Below are positions 37,290 through 50,084 of a stretch of DNA of 64,000 nt, piece by piece. The notes under the pieces were generated by a model, which had not been told where the DNA came from, did not search any database, and saw nothing but the letters and a program-made list of their open reading frames with translations. A program made the position numbers and the translations under genes. Positions within the stretch are counted from its first letter, which is position 1, and every line of letters begins with the position of its first letter. This DNA comes from Mobula hypostoma (Eukaryota), in assembly GCF_963921235.1 (NCBI RefSeq), contig NC_086118.1, positions 21,454,001-21,518,000 on the forward strand, in the 5' to 3' direction.

Positions 37290-40240
37290 TCTTCAATTCC
37301 TAGAGGAAGACAGACAGATCCTACTTGCTGACTTCACTGTAAAGGTTGGAAAAGATGTCCTTTGGCAATGTGTGAGTACCAAGAAGGAGTAGAAGAGACT
37401 AACTTCAGTAGAGCCCTTCTCCTGAAAGATGTATGGAGTACAGTCTTATCATAACTAAACCGTACTTCACCAGAGTGAGAAGCATGAAGCTGCACAGCGA
37501 CACCATCTGGTCTATGCACCAGCACATGTTGGATCATATCATTGTCCAAGAGATGGTTACAAGGATGTCCACATCACCCATTCCATGACAGGCATTGACA
37601 ACTGTTGTACTGCCACCACCTAATCTCCTGTCTCCATTAATCTGGCCCCAAAATGCACAGCATCAACAGAAATATTTCCACATGAAGATCAATGTTCAAG
37701 TTCTCACGACCCCATAACATTAACTCTTATTTTCACAGAACATTTCAATCATTCTGAAAAAAAAGAGCTGCAGAGTGATTGCTGGCCTGAAGTCTCCCGT
37801 AACGATACCACTGAGATGATACTTGAGTCCATGACGCAGAATGGACCATGATTGGTTTGATGAGAATGACATGCAGATCCCATGAGTAATTATTGTAAAT
37901 TCAGGGTGTTCCTGTATTAGAAGGTCATCCATGCCTCAACAGAAAAGAAATAGCTTTGCCTGCATCCAGCAGAAGAGTTTATGACCTAAAGTATATGCAA
38001 TGGTTGGAAAGAATGCAGCTGACAGCCAGGCCATGCTCAAACTCTTCAACAATATTCAATTGCACCCCAATGAGTGCCAAGAACAGTGTTATCTTAATAA
38101 AGACTGAAAATCTAATAAAGACTGAAAATCTGGAAGGGATACTTCAAAGATTCCCCTCAACTGCAACTCTACCCCGACACGAGTGCCAAAGCATAGGAGT
38201 GTCATGGTCCTGTCTGTGAAGTCTGCATTCTGGTTCACGGTCCAGTCCGTGGACTTAGGACTCCGGGTCTTCCAGCTGTCCCTTGTTTGAATTAATCATA
38301 GGCACCTGATTCCCATCTTTAGGCTGGCAATATAAGTAGCCTTGGGATTGAGTGTGGGCTGCTGTGGTGGTAATGCACCATTAAGTTGGATGCCAACTGC
38401 TGTAAAACAAGATACAGACAGTGTGGGCTGCTGTGGTGGTAATGCACCATTAAGCTGGATGCCAACTGCTGTAAAACAAGATACAGACAGTGTGGGCTGC
38501 TGGTTTGTCTTGTCAGTCCTCCTTAGAGCAACCTGCTGATGGAAGGCTAGTAAACCATTTGTGATCTTTAGGCCTGGTTGGAGGACCACTGCTTCATGGA
38601 GACCTGTTGCCACTCATTGAAGTAGTCTTTGTGGTATGGATTTGGCTGTTTCCTGGGCCAACTGAGTGGCTGCCAACTACTCTGAGCTAGGTAGGGATCT
38701 GGCTGTTTCCGTAGCCAGCTGAGGTTGCTGGCCGAATTGAGACTTGGACCTTCCCTGGAGCAGAGATGGAACTGTATGTTGTTCTTTGGTGTTTGTCTCT
38801 TCTTGTCCTTGCCTCTGGGATAAGCCAGGCCTGTTTTGCTGTTGCCCTGTGGGGGGGACCTGTCTTGTCCTTGCCTCTGTTGGGTAAGTCTGGCTGTTCT
38901 GCTGTACCTGATGGAGAGACCTGTCCCATCCTGGTGTGGAGATGAAATTGAGTCCTGGCTTGTTGTAGGATATGTCCCGGCTCTATGTTCTGTTCTGTTC
39001 TGTCCTGTCTCATCTTTGTGTTGTGTTAAAGATGAGTCCTGGCTTGTTGTAGGATATGTCCTAGCTGTATGTTGATATTCAGTTCCCAGTCTCTGTCTCA
39101 GCTCCAGTCTCTGAGTTATCAGCCTCTGCATTTCAAGACCCAAGACCCCAGCCGGCAGCCAAGCTCAAGACCCAAGACCCCAGCTGGCAGCCAAGCTCAA
39201 GACCCCAAGCCTCGAAGATCCCAGGCCAAGCTCAAGACCCAAGACCCCAGGCTGCAGCCAAGCTCAAGACCCAAGACCTCCAAGCCTCGAGGATCCCAAG
39301 CCAAGCTCAAGACCCAAGATGCCAGCCTCAAGCCATGTCATGTTCTTGCCTGGTTCTGGGGTCTGAGCCTGAGGCATGACCCAGGTTCTGGGTCCTTGTC
39401 CAGTCTTGGGCTCAGAGTCCGAGCCTTGTCTGGTCTCCAAGCTCAGGCCGCTAGACCTCAGCCACGTCCTGTCCTGAAGCCATGTCATATCCTTGCCTGG
39501 TTCTGGGGTCTGAGCCTGAGGCAAGACCCAGGTTCTGGGTCCTTGTCCAGTCTTGGGCTCAGAGTCTGAGCCTTGTCTCCTAGTTCATAGTTCCTAGTCC
39601 TGGTCCTGCTTTCCCTAGCCCAACTCTGTGTTCTTGTCCCTGCTCCTTGCCTGAATCCTGTCATGTCCCTACTCTAGTCAAGTCCTGTTCCTTGTACTTC
39701 AGTGTCTGTGTCTTGTATTTGGGTCTATTTCCAGCACCCCTTGTGACAAGGAGTGATGCCATCAACATTGTCTCCACAACAGGCTACAAATCTGCTAGCA
39801 GAGTAAATGAATCAATATCAATACCTTCTCCAGAGGTCACATCCTCAGCACAGAGGCCTTAATTACATTCTGTTAGCTTCATTGGGTAGGCCACATTGTT
39901 CATATACCTGATACCAGGTACCTAAAGCAGACGGTCTATTCACACTCAGTCAGAGGAAGAGATTACTATGTGAACCGAGGGAACTATCGAGGATGTGCTT
40001 TCAAATAAGCACAATATCCTGATCAGTTCCTGGGAGTCCCTGATTCTTGGCTTCTCAAAGTGGAGAAGGAGAATTCTGGATGTCCCTGAGCCCATGCATG
40101 AGGAATGCACAAATGACCCAATTACTCACTCCACCAAGAAGCTTCTGCAATACCTGTGGGGAAAATTGTTGAGTCCCTCATTAGCCACATCAGCCCTTTG
40201 GAACTGCCAAAATGAAATGGAAACTAGTCATCCTTGACCA
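37290..40240 (+). mobile_element. Decayed RTE LINE split by a solo LTR
   Basis: Endonuclease remnant LDHIIV...DVHITHSMTGIDNCCT near 37530-37620, and C-terminal remnant SWESLI...KWRRRI near 40025-40075. Confidence 0.55.
38200..39748 (+). mobile_element. Large solo LTR (1549 bp) expanded by internal tandem repeats
   Basis: TGTCA...TGACA termini; perfect TSD AGGAG (38195-38199 and 39749-39753); internal 69-bp, ~32-bp and 147-bp period repeats. Ends resemble the Sushi-type LTRs. Confidence 0.88.
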
Positions 40241-42139
40241 CAGGGGACTGCATAGGGTGTAAGGTTACAACAGACTGTAGATTATATTTTTCATTTGCAG
40301 TTTATGAAAATAATTAGCATAAGCAACATTTCATGTGTGATCATAATTATGCTTGAGTGTGGTGGAGGTATTCCCTCAAAGTGATATTAGAGATTTCCAA
40401 GATTTTGATTTTGTGATGTGGAAGAAAAGAATATACTTCCAAGTCATGATGCTAGTAAATTTGGAGAACTTAAAGGCAGTGATATTCTCATGAATTGTTT
40501 CATGAGTGTTACAGCAAATCTAATCCAAAATCAAAACAAAACATCTCCTGCTTGCCTGTGACCTTATGGACTATTATACTTGTGTGACACAACCACAGTT
40601 CCAATGATTGCTCCAAAAGTCAAACCCTTTATTCTATCCTTTATCAGCAATTAGCAAACATACAATTAAGTGTTATTGAGTGGTATCTCAGCAATTAGCA
40701 AAAGATATGAACTCTGCTGGTCCCAAGCTACAAACTGCCACGAAATAGGCAAGAATACGTAACTTATTCCCTTCCCTTTAATCATGCCCCCACTCATGTG
40801 ACTAGTTACTACAATAAATATAATAAGCCAGCAGCACAAAATACAAGGCAGATTAGGAACAGACACATGGCTCCTACAGTGAGGTAAAAGGCTTGTTAAT
40901 TTGGTCTTCTTTGCATTGATAGGAGCTCAGAGTACGTGAGACAGTTTCCAGTGTTATACTATAAACTCAACTGTCCATCGGTACTTAATATTTAAAACAC
41001 CATGAGTTATAAACATTTTTTGATCACTATAGACACAAGCTGTTTCTTAAATATACAGAAATGGGATTTCAAGTTCTTAGCAATCTGGTGTGCATCATCG
41101 CTGGCTTTTGATTGACAACATCTTCTCTTTCACTTCTCTTCCCACCATTTGGGATCCAAAAGAGCTCATTGCTTCAAATCCACTCTTCTTGATACGGTTT
41201 GTTCTATATTAGGAAGATCTATCACTCCCAGTTCAATATTTTTGTCATAAGGAACCTATCTGTTCCAGCGAAATGCAGATGAACTCAATGAATCACACAC
41301 TACCTGCTGACTCAGGATGATACAGTCTTGCAGACTCAACATGAGGTCATAGAATAAGCATTTCTGTATTTTTAATCTGGATTTCTATCAAACATTCCAA
41401 ATTTCACTGAAAATTTAAGGTAAAACATTTTCTATATTTTTACATAGGTATTTGATTTTGGGATCCACGTGTTTATTGATCAATTGTCCTTGAGAAGGAG
41501 GTTAGTAACCCAACTTCTAGGTGAATTTTTCTGGTGGAAAGTCTTCCCACAATGCCTTGGGCAGGATGTTCAAGGATTTAAACCTAATGACCATGAAGGA
41601 ACAGTTATACCTTTCTAGGTCAGGCTGGTACACAAATTAATGTGAATCGAGAGACATTCCTGTTGCTTGCCACGCTAATTCTCCGTCCCACTTCTGCTCT
41701 GAATTATTTGTGTATGACATCCTACATTGTTAATACCTTGTTAAAAATTATTCTGTTATTTACTCTCAAGATATACCATAAAGTATCACCTTGGAACAAG
41801 TCCTAAATATATTCTCATGCAATATCCGGATCAGTCCAAGAGAGGAAGAACCAACAAGGTACGCTTTCCTCTGACTAGTTGTGTCTGGTAGTCTGGTGGA
41901 ATGATCCCTCTCATCTGTCCAATAATCTCTTTGAACCCCGACCATCAGGCAGGTGATACCGTAGCTTTAGGATGAGAAATATTAGGGTGGGAAACAGCTT
42001 CTTCCCCCACACCATGAGACTACTGACCTCCCAGGTCTCATCACACATGAAGCCCCGGTACTGTTACACTGTTTACTTTTTAAATTGTGTCGTAAATGCA
42101 CCTTATTATTTGTTAATTTACCAATGGTAATCTTTCTTT

Positions 42140-43510
42140 ATATGTATTTTATTTGTTCATTTACAGGATGAGGATGTTGCCAGCAAAGCCAGCACTTGCC
42201 TTGAGAAGGTGGTGATGAGTTGCCTTCCTGAACCATTGCAGTCCCTGGGGTAGCCACACCCACAGTGCTGTTAGAGAAGGAATTCCATGATTTTGACCCA
42301 GCAACAATGAAGGATCGATGATATGTTTCCTCGTCTGGATGGTGAGTGACTTGGAGGGGTATTTCCAAGTGGTAGTGTTCCCAGGTATCTGCTGTTCTCG
42401 TCCTTCTAGATAGTTGTGGTCATGTGGCTGGAGGTTGCTGCTTTAGGAACTTTGGGTGTTGTTACAGTACATCTTGTGGATAGTACACACTGCTGCCACT
42501 GTTCGCCAATGGTGGAGGGATTGGATGCTTGGGAAAGGGGTACCAATCAAGTGGGCTACCTTGTACTGGATGGTGTCAAACTTCTTGAGTGTTGATGGAG
42601 CTGCACTCATCCAGGCAAGTGGCAAGTATTCCATTACACTCCTGACCTGAGCCTTGTAGATGGTGGACAGGCTTTGGGGAGTCAAGAGGTGAGTTACACA
42701 CCACAGGATCCCTAGTCTTTCACCTGTTCTGGTAGCCACAGTGATTATATGGCCAGACCAGTTCAGTTTTCTGTCAATGGTAACCCCCAGGATGTTGACA
42801 GTAGGGGATTCAGTGATGGTGATGCCACTGAATGTCAAGGGACAATGGTTAGAGCCTCTCTTGTTGGGGTGGTCATTGCCTGGCATTTGTGGGGCTCGAA
42901 TGTTACTTGCCACTTGTCAGCCCAAGCCTGGATATTGTCCAGGTCCAGCTGCATTTGGGTATAAACTGCTTCGCTATTTGAGGAGTCACAAATGGTGCAG
43001 AACATTGTGCAGTCATCTGTGAACATCCCCACTTCTGACTTTATGATGGAAGGAAGGTCATTTATGAACCTGGTGCCATGAGACTTCATGGGGTCCAGAG
43101 TCAATGTTGAGAGTTGCCAGGGCAACTCCCTCTCTACTGTATACCACTGTGTCACCACCTCTGCTAGGCCTGTCCTGCTGGTGAGACAGTACCTACCCAG
43201 GAATGGTGATGGTGGAGTCTGGAATGTTAACTGTAAGCTATGATTCTGTCAGTAAGACAACGTCAGGCTGTTGCTTGACTAATCTGTGCAACAGCTCTCC
43301 CAACTTTGGCACTAGTCCCCAGATGTTAGTAAGGAGGGCTTTGCAGGGTCAACACGGCTGGTTTTGCTGCTGTCATTTCCAGTGCCTAGTTCGATGCCAG
43401 GTTGTCCGTCCGAGTTCATTCCATATTTTGTTTTCATTGGTTGGATACAACTGAACGGCTTGCTAGGCCATTTCAGGGGGCATTTAAGAGTCAACCACAT
43501 TGCTGTGGGT
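42140..43510 (-). mobile_element. Internally deleted CR1-clade LINE
   Basis: Endonuclease start (WGLVPKLGELLHRLVKQQPD) joined near 43065 to the RT end (FINDLPS, MFTDDC, NILGVTID, IYKAQVRSVMEY). Confidence 0.8.
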
Positions 43511-45924
43511 CATATGTTATATGTACTCTATTGCGTACCCTGGTCTGGGGGTCGTTGTTTCGTTTGGTGGCAAACATGTCTATCGTTGAATTATAATAAA
43601 CTGAACTTGAACTTTTAGAGATTGCACATTCAAAGGGTACCAGACAGTTTGCAAATAAAGAGAAGCTGTCTCACAAGTCAAGCAACAGCCTGACATAGTT
43701 TTACTGACAGAATTAGTTAACATTTTTTATCCTTTTTCCTTGCCTTCCAATGATGCGGTGTGTCTCAGATGATTTGCAAGTCCCTAAATCTCACTCAAAT
43801 AGAAGACTTCATCACCGGATGATACAGCACAGGAGGTGACCACTTGGGCTAATGTAGCTGGGCTGTCTCTTTAGAAGAGAGATGCTCTTTGCTGATCTTC
43901 CCCATTGGCCCTGAGCAATTTCCCTCTATAAATATTTATCTTGTTGCCTTTTGAAATTTATTGTTGAACCTTCTTTAATCATCATATTAGGCAATGCAAT
44001 TTAGATCATAAAATCTCACCATGTAATTTTTCCCATCACAAAGCCTTTGATGCTTGTGCCAATGAACTTAAATCTTGTTCTCTCATCATTAACCCTTCTG
44101 CTACTTAATACATTTTCTCCTTACTTACTCTACCAGATACTTTTATAATATTAGAACCTTCCATTAAATTAGCTCTTACATTTCTCTGTTCTAAAGTGGA
44201 GAACCCCTAACCTTACTAATTTATTCTAAAAAATTCTATATTACTCTTCCTATGATGCCCACAATTAGCCAAGTGAGGCCTGACAAGGGTTTTACACAGA
44301 CCTAGCATAACTTCTGTCCTTGTGTTGCTATGCCTCTGCTTATAGAACAGGAATCCCATATATCTTCCTAACAGCATTCTCATGCTCTTCAGCTGCATTG
44401 GGGTTCATACTTTATTTGTACACTCCTGATTAACCAGTATAGGCTCAACTGGCCTATTTCTGTCTCATAAGGAAATAAAATTAGATCCCTTTAATTCTCA
44501 ATATTCCTACAAAATAAAACACAATGTGGATATCTCTGCATTAGATTTTATCATTTGTTTTCTCCATTAATCACTATCTCAATTCTCTTTACTTATTACT
44601 TCATTTCTGAGCTTTGTATTATTTATAAAGGTATGTTCTGTATGCTCAAGTCCAAGTCAATCATTAATATCAAGAAGAGAATGAACCATCATTGCTCTCT
44701 GAAGCACCAAGCCTGGAAAAGCACTCAGCACTGTTCTTCACATGCTATTCAACAGCTATTCTTGTCACTATTGATTACTTAATCTCAATCTCCAAATTCT
44801 TCAACCAGTATTCTAATACTTGACTTTGCCTAAAACAATTTCAATATTAAGTCTACATCAGTTGCAGCATTTTCATAAACATCCTGATACTTCATCATTC
44901 ACTGAATTTAGTCGGAGATATTCTGACTTACTTAATCGCACATAATTTTCTAAACTCCAGTTAACTGTATTCTATCTTTAAAAGTTCATTCATCTGATTT
45001 CACACTGATAGGGATTGTTGCTGGGCTTAACCCTCTCACAAGAGCACAATATTGATAATCTGCCAAATCTTTTCTCCCCGCTACAACACTCCCATATCTA
45101 CGATTAGTTGAGAGATTTGGACAGAGCCTCTGCTATTTCTGTTCGTAATCCTTCAGCAAACTACAATGTTTTCTCTCTTAACTCGGTAAGCTCTCTGTGT
45201 TGGGCAAGATTTATAAGTATTTCTTTAATGTAATCTGCTTTACTGTGATATTAATTAAATCGTCTTCTGTAGTGTAACTAGCTGCAGAGTATTTAGCCAT
45301 TCTCTTTTCTTCCAAATTAATATCTCCTTTTGTTTCCTTATTTATTCCTACCATCCCTTGGTCCATCTTTTTCATACCGTACGTTTCTGAAGGACAATAG
45401 GACAATGGGTTACTCTTGTGTTAAACACGAGGTTATACTCATGGACACTTTGGCCCTCCTTTATTCAGCTCTTTTCTCTATTCTTTGCATTTGTTTTTGC
45501 TTTTTGCTGTATGATAAACATTACATTTATCCTTGCAATCACTTTTTGCTTCATTATAATCACTGATACATTGGTCAAGCAGAAGATACCAGTTTTAGAT
45601 CCCTGGATGCCAGAAATGTACCTAGTCAGTATGTGCACAAATTTCTCTTTTAAAGGCCTCCAATGGGAAATCAAATAGCAGATTTTTCTGCATTTAAGAC
45701 AAAGATATTTTTTGGAAATTATGATTGAAACTAAAGTTTGCCTAATACTTCCACTGCTGAGGGAAGCTGATGATATATATTATTTTGTTTAGCTAATGTG
45801 AGCCAACTGAAAAGAAACAAGACAGAGGCAAAAAAGATGAGTCCTTAAAAGCTTGAGAAAGGTGCCAGGGCCTAAATCTGTCAGATCCTGACTTCGTGGG
45901 TAGACTTTGTAAGAAGTTTTACAT

Positions 45925-46139
45925 TTAAAAATGCAAACACAAGGAAATCTGTAGATGCTGGAAATTCAAGCAGCACACACAAAATGCTGGTGGAACGCAG
46001 CAGGTCAGGCAGCATCTGTAGGAAGAGGTACAGTCGATGTTTCTGGCCGAGACTCTTTGTCCTGACAAAGGGTCTCGGCCTGAAACGTGGACTGTACTTC
46101 TTTCTATAGATGCTGCCTGACCTGCTGCGTTCCACCAGC
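45925..46139. mobile_element. Penelope-derived foldback (inverted pair) insertion with TSD
   Basis: Inverted arms about 45985-46060 and 46064-46140; flanks AAGAAGTTTTACAT (45911-45924) and AAGAAGTGTTACAT (46140-46153). Confidence 0.82.
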
Positions 46140-46545
46140 AAGAAGTGTTACATGTCAGATTTGTCTCTCAATATCTGAAGCTCCTATGTCCTGAAATACA
46201 GAGGTACTTGAGTGCTTTATTGGCCCCGGTTTGCCTGAAATGATCAGTGAAATAACACCAACAGGGGTATATGTAATGTCCACATGGTCTTCCTCGAAGG
46301 ATCTTCAGTATTTTTCAGTTCAAGATTGTAGGTATTATGTCTTTTTATGAGGAGTCCCCAGCACTTCCTCTAAGCAGAATGATTTTAACTAGGTTTCTCA
46401 ATGAATTGGAACAGATACAGTTCTAAGCTGTATGGCAAACTATCTCTTCTGATGATCCAATGAAAGATGAGCTCACCGCAGAGGTGGTGGGAGACTGAAA
46501 GGGTAGAAATGGACTGGTGCATATACCTCATTCCACCATGAAAAT

Positions 46546-46802
46546 GGCTGGCTGGTGGCGCAATGGCATCAGCGTCGGACTCCAGAGCGAAGGCTCCCAA
46601 GTTCGAATCCAAGTCGGACCACCCCCAAGCACGCTTTTCATCCGTGCCGGGTTGAGCGTCAAGCTGGCCACTCGGCCTCATAAAAAAGGGTCGAGTCAGG
46701 AATGTTCATATCGTGACCTGGTTAATTCGAAAGGAGACCAATCCTGACACCACGCGCCAGACAAGAATGGCTGACTGTCTGGTACGACATGCTGAAAAAA
46801 AA
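46546..46802 (+). mobile_element. tRNA-derived SINE with poly(A) tail and 11-bp TSD
   Basis: A box tggcgcaatgg, B box gttcgaatcc and A-tail; ACCATGAAAAT at 46535-46545 and 46803-46813. Confidence 0.88.
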
Positions 46803-48284
46803 ACCATGAAAATTGCTTTTAATGAGCATTGCCAATTGCTCCATTAGACATCTAGTTGTAGCAAAAGTGAATGTTACGAATCTTGCAAAATGCTGGAGAA
46901 ACTCAACAAGTCACTATGCACACAAAATGCTGGAGGAACTCAAAAGTCACTACATAGAAAATGTTGGACATTTTGCCTTGCTGACTTCATCCAGCTTCCT
47001 TTAATGCACCTTGTTCTTGCTATTCCTTTCTTCCATTTTTAATTTTAAATCATTCTTCAATCAGCAGGGCACTTCCCTTTAATTTGCTCAGTTTTGAAAA
47101 GTTTTATTTCAAAAGAGGGCAAGAAGACATTGAACAAACTAGAACATGAAAAATAAAATCTTACTCCACCTGTTCTGAGGCCCACAATTGCCTGGCCAAG
47201 AAGTGAAGCAGTTAGAGAAGTTATTAAAAATCAGAGAGACCAACTGCAATCTGATTGCTGATGACCATCAGCATGTATGAGATCCTTGTTATATTTCAGA
47301 AGCAGTAAACTCTGCTGGTGCTCACTAGTGTCAAATTATTTTCTGGAGAAATATTATGAAACCTAATCACCATTACTTTATTGAACTTTGCCTTTAAAAG
47401 TATCTAAATTATGTGTTTGTTGGTAACGCATGCTGTTTGAATTTTAAGTGGATAACAAGCTATCATATTCAACTTTAACAAAGCTGGTGATAGATTTAAT
47501 TAGGGAAGAAAAGTGTTGGGCTACAGAGTAGCAAGTGGCATGCAATAAGAAGAAAAAGATGGACGAACAGAGAAATAGTAGCTATAAGTTTGTTACTGAC
47601 CTTGGACGGTCTGAGTTCACAATGAAAGGAAAGTAACTTGTTCCAAATAGCTGATAAACAGAATTCTTTAACCTTGTCAGCGGTCTCTAATCTCTATAAA
47701 TCAGAATGACCTGATACTCATAATAGTTTTCTAGGACATTGCTTCAGCACTTTCCTTTGTCCTTAGCTGAAAGATTGACTTTTATGCAACTTTGTTCTGT
47801 CTCAACTGGCACTAAGCCTGAGTTAAGTTTCTGCACTAGGCTGTGCCAGAGGAACCAGAATACTAATTGATACAAATAATTGCTGTTACAGTCTTTGTTA
47901 TAAAAGAACTTGTTGATATGGAAGATGTAGTAATTTGATGCCCTTCATTCAGCATTTGTAGGGCATTGCGAAGCTGTATTCGGAGCTGGTTCTTTTGGTG
48001 CATGATGTCATCATTTATAAATTTACTATTAAAAGAGAAGAAAGAGAAACGATCGAAGGACATTCGACCTGAACTGTTACTTTATTTCTGTCTCCAGAGA
48101 TGCTGCCTGATTCACTGTTTCTCCTGCATTCTTCATTTCTATTTAAGAAAGAGAAGTGGTTGAATATCTCCGAGAGTGAACGTAATTTAAGTGATTGAAA
48201 CTAGAAGTCAAAGCAGAGCTAGCCGCAAGGAGACACAAGAAACTACTGACGCTGAAATTTGAAGTAATATTTGCTGCTAATTAT

Positions 48285-48575
48285 TTATTCATTTACTTAT
48301 CACAGTACGGTGTGGAATAGACCCTTTCAGCCCTTTGAGCAACACTGTCCAGCAATCCTCCACTTTAATCCTAGCCTAATCACTTGAAAACTTACAATGA
48401 CCAATTAACCTACAAACCCATATGTCTTTGGACTGTGGGAGGAAACTGGAGCACCCAGAGAAAACCCACGCTGTCATGGGGAGAACGTACAAACTTCTTA
48501 CAGGCAGAGACAGGATTTGAACTTTTGTCGATGTACGGTAAAGCATTATGCTAACCACTATGCTACCTTGCAGCC
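48285..48575 (-). mobile_element. HE1-like V-SINE
   Basis: Same family as 30860-31150 (gcgtgggttttctctgggtgctccagtttcctcccacagtccaaagac on the minus strand). Confidence 0.8.
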
Positions 48576-50084
48576 CTATGTGAATATGTAAAAAAGAATC
48601 AACAGTTGGGAAAGAATTCTCCTATGCTAACACTGGTGACAAAATTAAAAACTCCAAGGATTCCAAAGTTCAACACAAGTCAGGACTCCAATCACCATGG
48701 ATACTGTGGATTGACATTTTCCCGCCTTTCAAAAGGGCACCTGTTTTCTTTTCTTTTGGATTTCTTTCATTTTTTTGTGAGTACTGTAACAAACATGTCA
48801 TACTGGCTGACTATCTTCAGCAGTCCTGTGCATTCTAATTGTGATTCTTCTCATGCACCCCACTACCCTATTTGCTTCTGTACCTGTTGACACCCTCCCC
48901 AAGTTATAAGGATCAGCTGGTTTTACATTTATCGAAGCCACATCTTAATGGAACACCTGAACATTCAGAAAAGAAACAGCCATTGACAAAGGGAGAGAAA
49001 GAAGGGAAAGGGAGAGAAAGAGAAATGAAAAAAACCCCACAAAATAAAGACTGGGAGAGAGAAAAGAAAATACAAAAGTGGTGGGGAAGGAGAGAGAGAG
49101 AAAAAAAAAGGAAAAAGGGGACTGAGGATATTTTCCATGAAGACAGTGACCTGGCTGGCTACATAAGGATCAGGAAGAACTGCAGAGTTGGACAAGCCCA
49201 ACAAAGTTTGGCAATACAGAAGGAATCTCTTAGACAAGGAATTAGTTGGAGGAGGAATATACAAATTAAACAGCTCCAGCTTTGCTCAGAACAGCACTAA
49301 AAATCACATTAATTTTGAACAGTGTAAACTCCAGACTTCAGTAAATTTTTGTCAAACATTTTTCACAGTGTGATTGGTGATGGAATTAGGTTGTGGGGAG
49401 TTGAAGGATTTTGAGATGTGGGAGGCAGTTTACAACAACTGTAAAGGCAGCAGTTTAAACAGGGCCTCTGTTTGTTTTCAGGGTGTTGTGAATATTCTCT
49501 GCAAACACAAGGACAAGTATTGCTATGAGGACAGATTGATGATGGAGTGAAAATATAACAAAAGTGGGCGGTGTTGGGAAAGTATAAAACAAAATGGAAT
49601 GAGTGTCTTTCAATAAGAAAACTATCCTCTGGCTCTTGGTCAAAGCACAATGGGATCAAGCACTGTAACAATGTAATACCACATTGCATGTTGCTGATCT
49701 GCAGTGTGGAAAAGTGTAAGAGATGAACTGGAACTAGGAGAAGTGCCAAGGAATGTCCATACTCCCACTTATGGCGATGTAATTGCTATTGGGAATAAGA
49801 TGCATGGCACAAATGACAATATTTAGCTGCAGAATAGACAAGGAGAGAGTCGCCAAAGAATCACAGCTATAATTTTTACATAATTTCAAATTCAATAATG
49901 ATGCAGGAAAAATCTATTTGCACAATATTTGCACCCCTATATAATACTTTGAAGTTTTGTAGTTTCTAGTCTAGAACTCAGATGCTCTAGAATGGAAAGC
50001 CTCATCCTGAGAACAGATGCAGCAGAGACATTGGTGCTGAGAAAAGGCTATCATTTTTACAAGTGATAGGGTGGGAAAAAGTAA

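Noticed and set aside
37330..37930. Minus-strand ORFs as a DNA transposase
   Set aside because: The plus strand is better explained as an RTE endonuclease remnant.
38351..38502. Repeat-spacer-repeat look (agtgtgggctgctg x3) resembling a CRISPR array
   Set aside because: The two spacers are nearly identical, so this is a tandem duplication. The context is eukaryotic and there are no cas genes.
38568..39569. Long ORFs of 166-191 aa within the solo LTR
   Set aside because: They are by-products of stop-poor tandem repeats and show no retroelement or host motifs.
48872..49300. 142-aa Lys/Glu/Arg-rich ORF
   Set aside because: It arises from a low-complexity purine tract and has no recognisable domain or splice context.
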